The position numbers and the translations under genes are program-made. Below are positions 57,772 to 64,000 of a stretch of DNA of 64,000 nucleotides, piece by piece. How positions within the stretch are numbered: the first letter of the stretch is position 1; each line of letters begins with the position of its first letter. The DNA is from Actinomycetota bacterium. Its GTDB lineage: Bacteria > Actinomycetota > Acidimicrobiia > Acidimicrobiales > VFJN01. The stretch covers positions 28,593 through 92,592 of the forward strand of contig VFJN01000022.1 in NCBI GenBank assembly GCA_009886035.1. The letters are read 5' to 3'. The notes below the pieces were generated by a model. It saw only the letters and a list, made by a program, of their open reading frames with translations. It had not been told where the DNA came from and ran no database searches.

Positions 57772-59696
57772 TGCGAAAAGTCCCCGCCGTGCTTCTGGCG
57801 GTGGTTGCCTTCATGTCCATGACATCGGCAGGGATGGCCTCGGCCCAGGATCCCATCACTTTGGAAGTCCGCCAGGTGGATGCCACCGACACCGGCCAGG
57901 TGAAGGTCGTTTTCTCCTACAGCGGGGAACGCGAGAACGTGGGCGATTTGGTTGTTCGCCAGGCCGGGAAGGTTGTCGATGCCAGCGAGGCGGTGCCACT
58001 GGAAGATCAGCAGGCCCTCGGCATCGTGCTCCTGATTGATGCGTCAGGGTCCATGGAGGAAAACGCCCTGATTGAGCGGGTGAAAGAAGCCGCTCGCACC
58101 TTCGTGGCCCAAAAGGCGGTCACCGACCAGATTTCAGTGGTGTCCTTCAACTCCGCAGTGCGGGTCGAACAGGATTTTACGGCGGACAAGGACTTGCTGA
58201 CGTCCGCCATAGACAAGATCGCGCTCGGGCCTGCCACCGTCCTGTACGACGGCATCGTTCGTTCGGCCGAACTTTTCGGAGACCGCGATCTCCAGCGCAA
58301 CGTCGTGGTGTTTTCCGACGGGGGGGATTCCGGCTCGATTGCGAAGGCATCGGAGGCGCTAGGTGCTCTGGAAGGGTCTAATGCGGCGCTCTTTGCGATC
58401 GGAGTAGCTAACCCAGGGTTCGAGTCCCTCGCCACCATTGCCCGTGAAACAGGCGGCACATCAGGGGTGGCCAGCGATGCCGGCTCTGTCGACAGCGTTT
58501 TCGCGGGTGTCCAATCCACCTTGAGGAAGCAGTACGTGGTTGATTTTGCCGCCACCGACACCCGCGGCGTGGTGCCCATCACCTTGACCATAGGTTCGAC
58601 GCAGACATCAGCCGAGTACGTATCCGGCTCGCTGGAGGCCGGATCGAGTGGCTTGCGACCGCAGGTGGTGGCTGCCCCTGGAGGTCCGGCGTTCCTGCGC
58701 GGCCAGCTGGGACTCACGTTAGGGATTGGTTTGGCCGTGATCGCCGGAGTGTTGGTGATCTACGCCCTTGGGAACATCTTCTTCTCGGGCGACAAGTCCT
58801 TGACCGATGTTCTCCTTCCGTATTCAGAGAACTACGTTGCGTCTGCTGATGATGGCGACGCCGACGATGACCTCGGCAAGCAATCTTCATTGGTCAGTAC
58901 CCCGGTTCTCCAACGTGCCGTGGACGCCACGGGAAGGCTGGCGCAACGCCGGGGGGTGCTCACCCTGGTGGAGACTCGCCTTGAGCACGCCAATCTTCCG
59001 CTTCGGGCGCCCGAAGCCCTCTTTTTCTATGGTGCCAGCCTTGTTATCTTCGGCATTGGCGCAGTGGCGCTGGTCGGGGTATTTGGTGGGCTGTTCATGC
59101 TCGTGTTCCTAGCCTTGGCGCCCGTCGGAGTTGTCTCCCTGCTGGCCAGTAGGCGTCGGAAGGCCTTCAACAGCCAGCTCCCCGACACCCTGCAATTGCT
59201 CGCCAGCACCCTGCGAGCTGGGTTCTCGCTGATGCAGGGCATTGAGGCCGTCTCGCAGGAGGTGGCCGAGCCGATGGGCCGGGAACTCCGTCGAGTGGTG
59301 ACCGAGGCCCGGCTTGGGCGTCCGCTGGAAGAGGCGCTCGATGCGGTGGCGGAGCGGACCGACTCAGTCGACTTTGGGTGGGCCACGATGGCCATCCGAA
59401 TTCAGCGGGAGGTCGGCGGCAACCTGAGTGAGTTGTTGGTCACGGTCGGGGAGACGATGACCGAACGGGAGCGCCTGAGGCGGGACGTGAACTCGTTAGT
59501 GGCGGAGGGCAAAATGAGCGCCTACGTCCTCGGTGTGCTGCCCTTTGGTCTGGGATTTTTTATCTGGATCAGCAACCCGGGATACCTGAGCCCGCTGTTC
59601 GAGGAGAAGGTGGGAAACATCATGCTGGCCGCTGCGTTCGTGTGGATGCTTTTCGGATTTTTCTGGATGAAAAAGATCATCGAGATCGATATCTGA
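57768..59696 (+). CDS. tadB: fusion protein: signal peptide plus von Willebrand factor A domain fused to a TadB-type (T2SS F family) platform protein
   Basis: TTG 57768 / ATG 57771 overlap the cpaF stop. Signal peptide ...GMASA-QD, MIDAS motif DASGS (from 58038), VVFSDGGDSG, then TM helices and the T2SSF domain (LPDTLQLLASTLRAGFSLMQGIE). Confidence 0.8.
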   Translation: MMRKVPAVLLAVVAFMSMTSAGMASAQDPITLEVRQVDATDTGQVKVVFSYSGERENVGDLVVRQAGKVVDASEAVPLEDQQALGIVLLIDASGSMEENALIERVKEAARTFVAQKAVTDQISVVSFNSAVRVEQDFTADKDLLTSAIDKIALGPATVLYDGIVRSAELFGDRDLQRNVVVFSDGGDSGSIAKASEALGALEGSNAALFAIGVANPGFESLATIARETGGTSGVASDAGSVDSVFAGVQSTLRKQYVVDFAATDTRGVVPITLTIGSTQTSAEYVSGSLEAGSSGLRPQVVAAPGGPAFLRGQLGLTLGIGLAVIAGVLVIYALGNIFFSGDKSLTDVLLPYSENYVASADDGDADDDLGKQSSLVSTPVLQRAVDATGRLAQRRGVLTLVETRLEHANLPLRAPEALFFYGASLVIFGIGAVALVGVFGGLFMLVFLALAPVGVVSLLASRRRKAFNSQLPDTLQLLASTLRAGFSLMQGIEAVSQEVAEPMGRELRRVVTEARLGRPLEEALDAVAERTDSVDFGWATMAIRIQREVGGNLSELLVTVGETMTERERLRRDVNSLVAEGKMSAYVLGVLPFGLGFFIWISNPGYLSPLFEEKVGNIMLAAAFVWMLFGFFWMKKIIEIDI

Positions 59697-59715
59697 TGCC
59701 ACTGATCCTCCGGGG

Positions 59716-60633
59716 GTGCCTGTGTTTCTGATCGGAGTCGTCGGCGTGGGGGCCTGTATTGGGCTTGTTTTTTACGCGTTAGTCGGTCAAGCCGAGGAGA
59801 AGTCATCCATCCGGGCCTCGCTGCGGAAATTGGATGACTACGAGATTGAGTCGGTTCGAGAGCGTGAACTGCTCGACCCGCTCCGGGATCGGGCCTTGAG
59901 TCCAATATTTGTCGGACTAACCAACCTTGGCAAGCGATGGACGCCTCTCGGATATGCCGACAAGACCAAGAAGAAACTCGTTGCCGCGGGGACCCCGGAG
60001 CCGGAGGTGTTCGACCGATTTCAGGCTGTAAGAGTTCTCACCTTGGTGATTGCCCCGCTGGCTGGCTTCGCCGTCTATGCGTATCTTCCGATCGGGGGTC
60101 TGCCTCGGATTTTCGCGACTCTTCTCGTCGTCGTGATCTTCGTCATGGGTCCCGATATAACGCTCAATCGGAAAGTTGAGAGCCGTCAGTACCAAATCCG
60201 CCAGCGGTTGCCTGATGTCATGGATCTCCTGGTGATCAGTGTCGAGGCCGGTCTCGGCTTCGAGCAGGCTCTGGACCGCACCGTGGCGTCGGTACCGGGC
60301 GCCCTGACGGATGAGTTTGCCCGGATGCTGGGCGAAACGCGAGCCGGCTCCACGCGTGCTGACGCGATGCGTGCGATGGATGCCCGTATCGACTTGCCGG
60401 AGATTCGCTCCTTTGTCCTCGCCATTCTTCAGGCCGACACCTTCGGAGTGTCGATCGGCCGGGTTCTGCGGTCTCAGGCCGAAGAGATGCGAATCAAGCG
60501 GCGTCAGTTGGCTCAGGAGCGAGCCCAAAAGGCACCTGTCAAGATGCTTCTTCCGATGATCTTTTGCGTTTTTCCAGCTCTTTTTGTGGTTATCATCGGA
60601 CCGGCCTTTTTGAGCATCGCCTCAAGTTTCTGA
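59716..60633 (+). CDS. tadC: TadC-type (T2SS F family) platform protein
   Basis: GTG start. T2SSF domain (LPDVMDLLVISVEAGLGFEQAL) and flanking TM helices. Confidence 0.8.
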   Translation: MPVFLIGVVGVGACIGLVFYALVGQAEEKSSIRASLRKLDDYEIESVRERELLDPLRDRALSPIFVGLTNLGKRWTPLGYADKTKKKLVAAGTPEPEVFDRFQAVRVLTLVIAPLAGFAVYAYLPIGGLPRIFATLLVVVIFVMGPDITLNRKVESRQYQIRQRLPDVMDLLVISVEAGLGFEQALDRTVASVPGALTDEFARMLGETRAGSTRADAMRAMDARIDLPEIRSFVLAILQADTFGVSIGRVLRSQAEEMRIKRRQLAQERAQKAPVKMLLPMIFCVFPALFVVIIGPAFLSIASSF

Positions 60634-60642
60634 GGTCCAGTC

Positions 60643-62091
60643 GTGGATGCCCTACCCCGTGGCCGGGGAATGATTTGGCGCCTCGTTCATCCTTCGTTAG
60701 GTGGAGCGGTCGGGGTGGCGTTGGTGGGTATGGGGGCGATGATCGGATTGCGTTCCTTGTCGGACAATTCGTTTCTGACCCATTTGGCCACCGGTCGACT
60801 CATCCTTGCGTCCGGCTCGGTACCGGTTTCCGACCCGTATACCTTTACGGCGGCGGGAGCGCCATGGGTTGTACAAAGTTGGCTTGCGTCGCTGGTGTAC
60901 GCCAGCGTCGAGAATTTCGTTGGCTTAGCGGGGCTGCGTCTGATGATGGGGTTGGTGGCAGCGATCCTTGCCGGATTGGTGTGGCATCTCTTGCGCCCCT
61001 GCCGGGGGTTGGTGCCCCGCCTTGTCGTTGGAGTTCTCATGCTGTCGGTAGGGGCGGGCCTGTGGTCCGAGCGGCCCTACATGTTGGGTCTAGTTGCTTT
61101 TGGACTGGTGGTGCTCGCCGCCGAGGGGCGGCTCAACCCGATCTGGCTCGCTCCTCTGGGGTGGTTGTGGGTGAATACTCACGGTTCCTTTCCGCTCGGT
61201 GTGGTCTACCTGCTGGTGGCGGCGGTGGGGACGCGCCTCGACGGTGAGGTTCCGGCAGTGGAAGCGCGCTGCCTGCGCTGGCTAACCCCGGGCATATTGC
61301 TCGGTGCGGTCGGCCCGTTGGGACCGGGCGTCTTGTTGTTCCCCTTTACCTTGCTGGGTCGCCAGGATTTGCTGTCCAACGTTCTGGAGTGGCAAGCCCC
61401 GCACTTTACGAGCATCGCGGATCGAGCTTTTTTGCTGCAGGTCCTCCTGGCGATCATGCTCCTGGTGCGCCGGCCGCGTTATCGCAGCGCTCTGATTACC
61501 GCAGTATTCACCGCGGCGGCGCTGGCCGGTTCCCGGAACATCGCCGTGGCGTCTCTAGCTCTAGCCCCTTCAATGGCATTGGGTTTGGCTGGCCTGGGAG
61601 GAATCGATTCCGAGGCCCGCACCGCGGTGGCCCGTTTGTTTGGTGTCTTCACTATGGCTGTGGCTGCGATGCTCATCTTTATTCGTCTAGACCAGCCCAC
61701 CACGAACTTCACTCAATATCCGGTGGAGGCGCTTGTCTATCTTGAGCGAAATGGTATAGCGGTGTCTGAGCATCGAATGGCGGCCCCGGATATCGTCGGC
61801 AACTTTCTGGAGTTCGCGTACGGACCGGGTCGACGGGTGTTCTTTGACGATCGCTTTGATATGTTCCCGGCCGAGGTTTCAGAGGCGGGGATATCCTTCG
61901 TTCTGGTGAAGCCCGACGTGCTGAGCCAGCTGGATAGGTACGACATTGACTTGGCTGCGGTACCGCGTGAGAGCCCCCTCGCCCTCGTAGTGGTAGCGGA
62001 CGCGCAGTGGCGAATCCTGTTTCAGGATGATGGGTGGCTAGTGGCGTGCCGGCGAGGGGCCGGCCTCAGTGAATCTGTCGGTACCTGCTAA
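60643..62091 (+). CDS. large polytopic membrane protein of unknown function (possible GT-C/O-antigen-ligase-like glycosyltransferase)
   Basis: At least 10 predicted hydrophobic helices followed by a ~130-aa soluble C-terminal domain. Last gene of the tad operon. An alternative start is at 60670. Confidence 0.6.
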   Translation: MDALPRGRGMIWRLVHPSLGGAVGVALVGMGAMIGLRSLSDNSFLTHLATGRLILASGSVPVSDPYTFTAAGAPWVVQSWLASLVYASVENFVGLAGLRLMMGLVAAILAGLVWHLLRPCRGLVPRLVVGVLMLSVGAGLWSERPYMLGLVAFGLVVLAAEGRLNPIWLAPLGWLWVNTHGSFPLGVVYLLVAAVGTRLDGEVPAVEARCLRWLTPGILLGAVGPLGPGVLLFPFTLLGRQDLLSNVLEWQAPHFTSIADRAFLLQVLLAIMLLVRRPRYRSALITAVFTAAALAGSRNIAVASLALAPSMALGLAGLGGIDSEARTAVARLFGVFTMAVAAMLIFIRLDQPTTNFTQYPVEALVYLERNGIAVSEHRMAAPDIVGNFLEFAYGPGRRVFFDDRFDMFPAEVSEAGISFVLVKPDVLSQLDRYDIDLAAVPRESPLALVVVADAQWRILFQDDGWLVACRRGAGLSESVGTC

Positions 62092-62121
62092 CTCATCGAC
62101 CCGGAAACTGAGGGCGGGGCG

Positions 62122-62157
62122 CGAAGAAGGGCCGGGCTGCTGCCCGGCCCTTCTTCG
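62122..62157. terminator. perfect 16-bp GC-rich hairpin between the convergent tad operon and the flp genes
   Basis: CGAAGAAGGGCCGGGC-tgct-GCCCGGCCCTTCTTCG. No U-tract, which is common in high-GC actinobacteria. Confidence 0.55.
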
Positions 62158-62172
62158 AGTGCCTGGAGTGGG

Positions 62173-62361
62173 TTAGTTGACGCTCGAGGCTGTGGAGCTG
62201 AAGGCCGTCGAGGCATTTTTGCCAAGAGCGGTGATAGCGATGATGCAGACCACGGCGATGAGAGCGACGAGCAGGGCGTACTCTACGAGGGATGCGCCCC
62301 GGTCACTGTCGGCGAAACGAGCCCGCATCCAGGTCGCGAGGAATTCGTAGGTGGTAATCAT
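62173..62361 (-). CDS. flp: Flp-family type IVb prepilin
   Basis: 62 aa. Leader ends ...SDRG followed by ASLVEYALLVALIAVV (Flp G/xxxEY motif and hydrophobic helix). Confidence 0.85.
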   Translation of the reverse strand: MITTYEFLATWMRARFADSDRGASLVEYALLVALIAVVCIIAITALGKNASTAFSSTASSVN

Positions 62362-62541
62362 GGGGGTAACTCCCTAGTGGTAAGACCCCCGTGGTGGCCG
62401 GGGGATTGGGGGAAAGTATCGGCTACATCGTCCCCGACATCAATAGGTAGTTCGGCCTAAAAGACTCGTGGAGCCGGTACTGGTGCCTTTGGTTGCGATG
62501 ATGCAGGGACGGTTGAGCCAGTTGAGGGTGGCTCCCGTGGG

Positions 62542-62736
62542 TTAGTTGGTATCGAACGACGAGGCTGTCGAGCTGAACAACGTCGAGGCTTGGCTGCCGA
62601 GAGCGGTGATAGCGACGATGCAGACGACGGCGATGAGAGCGACGAGCAGGGCGTACTCGACGAGGGATGCGCCCCGGTCACTGGCGGCGAAACGAGCCCG
62701 CATCCAGGTGGCGAGGAATTCGGAGGTGGTAATCAT
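62542..62736 (-). CDS. flp: Flp-family type IVb prepilin (paralogue)
   Basis: 64 aa. Only three substitutions relative to the neighbouring flp through residue ~46, then a divergent tail. Confidence 0.85.
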   Translation of the reverse strand: MITTSEFLATWMRARFAASDRGASLVEYALLVALIAVVCIVAITALGSQASTLFSSTASSFDTN

Positions 62737-62824
62737 GAAGGTAGACGCTCCTCAGTGGTCATTAGTTCAAAGTCGATAATAAACTACCCCAGTTCAGAGC
62801 CAAACGGTTCGTCTCATGAGGTGG

Positions 62825-63475
62825 CTATCTCAATTGAACGATCCCCATCCGCATGGCCTGCAAGATGGCCTGGGTGCGATCCCGGGCATCGAGTTTCTGG
62901 TAGATCGATGCTAAGTGATTCTTCACGGTTTTGGCGCTAATAAAGAGGCGGTCGGCGACCTCATTGGTGGCGCAGCCATCGGCGATCAACTGGAGGACTT
63001 CTTCCTCGCGCTTGCTGAGCAGCGAGTTTTCGGGAGGCCCATCAGGGGTATCAATGCGCCGCACCTCCTCCATCATCCTCGACGCCACTCCGGAGGAGAT
63101 TACGGTCTCACCTTTTGCAGCCGTGCGCAGCGCTTCGGCTATCTCCTCAGTGGAGCAATCTTTGACGAGAAAGCCTGAGGCACCGGCCCGGATGGCCTTG
63201 GCGACGACCTCATTGTCGGCATGCATCGTGAGCATGATGATCCGAGCGGGGGTGTCGGTTGCCATAATGAGACGGGTAGCTTCCAGCCCGTCCATCTCGG
63301 GCATGGAAACATCCATCAGGATGACGTCGGGCACTAACTCGGCGGCCAGCTCGACGGCGATCTCACCGTTAGCCGCCTCTCCAACGATCTCGAAACCCTC
63401 CGCAGTCAGCGATCGACGTAAGCCCTCTCGGAGCATCCGATGATCGTCGACCAAGAGCAGTCGGATATTCGTCAC
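62825..63475 (-). CDS. NarL/LuxR-family response regulator
   Basis: GTG at 63475 with AGGAGGA 5 nt upstream. Receiver domain (LLLVDDH...ILMDVSMPEMDG) plus a LuxR HTH (LSKREEEVLQLIADGCATNEVADRLFISAKTVKNH). Confidence 0.9.
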   Translation of the reverse strand: MTNIRLLLVDDHRMLREGLRRSLTAEGFEIVGEAANGEIAVELAAELVPDVILMDVSMPEMDGLEATRLIMATDTPARIIMLTMHADNEVVAKAIRAGASGFLVKDCSTEEIAEALRTAAKGETVISSGVASRMMEEVRRIDTPDGPPENSLLSKREEEVLQLIADGCATNEVADRLFISAKTVKNHLASIYQKLDARDRTQAILQAMRMGIVQLR

Positions 63476-63503
63476 GCAGGTCCTCCTCAACTAGCGATGG
63501 CGC

Positions 63504-64000
63504 TCAGCGAGCGACCGAAACGCAGCGTACCCTCGTGCCCCCGCCCGAGTTGGTCTCAACGAAAAGTTGGGAGCCGATGCCGGCGGCTCTCTCCCTCATA
63601 CCGACGAGGCCGTAGCTGTCGAGGCGGGTTGTTTTGGTAGCTGGGAATCCAATGCCGTTGTCACGGACCTCTAAAGTGAACACGTTGCCATCGCATGTCC
63701 AGAAAACGGTGAGTTCTGTAGCCCGCGAATGACGCTCCACGTTGGTGATGGCTTCTTGGGCGATGCGCCAGATCTCTCGTTCTTGGGGCACTGGAAGTCG
63801 AGCGGTCTCCCTTGCCTCCACAGTGATGTCTAGCGCACTGCGCTCCTTGACTCGACTGAGGAACGCCTCGAGAGTTGGAATCAGTCCCTGGACGTCGTTG
63901 ACGTCGGTGCGCAGATCTTGAAGGGTGTCTCGGACTTCTCGGATTACGCCGCGGACGTCGTTGCGTAGATTCTCCAGAGCGGCAATGGTCTCTGGTGACG
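63504..64000 (-). CDS. sensor histidine kinase, C-terminal part (gene continues beyond the window end)
   Basis: HATPase_c motifs (QEAITNVERHS, DNGIGF, GLVGMRERA). The reading frame stays open upstream of the listed ORF to position 64000. Confidence 0.8.
   Translation of the reverse strand, partial: SPETIAALENLRNDVRGVIREVRDTLQDLRTDVNDVQGLIPTLEAFLSRVKERSALDITVEARETARLPVPQEREIWRIAQEAITNVERHSRATELTVFWTCDGNVFTLEVRDNGIGFPATKTTRLDSYGLVGMRERAAGIGSQLFVETNSGGGTRVRCVSVAR

Larger units (their letters stand above)
62173..62736 (-). repeat. tandem duplication of the flp gene (two copies separated by ~180 nt)
   Basis: By hand alignment, the 5' ~135 nt of the two genes differ at only about half a dozen positions. 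The 3' ends have diverged. Confidence 0.8.

Noticed and set aside
1-64000. Looked for CRISPR arrays, IS elements or transposases, integrases, prophage genes, toxin-antitoxin pairs and known defence-system components.
   Set aside because: No direct-repeat/spacer arrays, terminal inverted repeats or recognisable mobile-element or defence proteins were seen. The only accessory-looking region is the Tad locus.

Overview
High-GC chromosomal segment that looks actinobacterial. The markers are an F420-type LLM oxidoreductase, an MshD-like GNAT, group-II truncated haemoglobin, a PdtaR-type ANTAR regulator and the pdtaR-polA-rpsA gene order. I did not attempt any closer taxonomic placement. Positions 1-54200 are densely packed core genes: the dnaE 3' end; a scattered menaquinone set (menE, menA, menH, menD, menF, menG) interrupted by pyk and two lipoprotein genes; rlmN and nth; a his-trp supercluster (hisDCBHAF ... 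hisI-trpE-ygfZ-J-domain gene-trpCFBA); a fatty-acid synthase II operon (fabD-fabH-fabG-acpP-fabF, with fabZ nearby); tRNA-Leu(CAA); pdtaR, polA and rpsA. From about 54300 to the window end the composition is visibly less GC-rich. This part holds a monoderm-type Tad/Flp pilus locus (cpaB, cpaE/tadZ, cpaF/tadA, a vWA-TadB fusion, tadC, a large polytopic membrane protein), two tandem flp pilin genes and a NarL-type two-component system. I found no CRISPR array, transposase, integrase or rRNA. The items most worth a second look are the atypical parts of the Tad locus and four unusual protein architectures in the core region. Those four are a GroES-like protein ending in GLYL, an RluA-methyltransferase fusion, FabD with a lysine-less BCCP-like tail, and a Cys/His-rich ORF coupled to trHbO. 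All functional calls rest on motif recognition by eye. No database search was run, so novelty is unverified.
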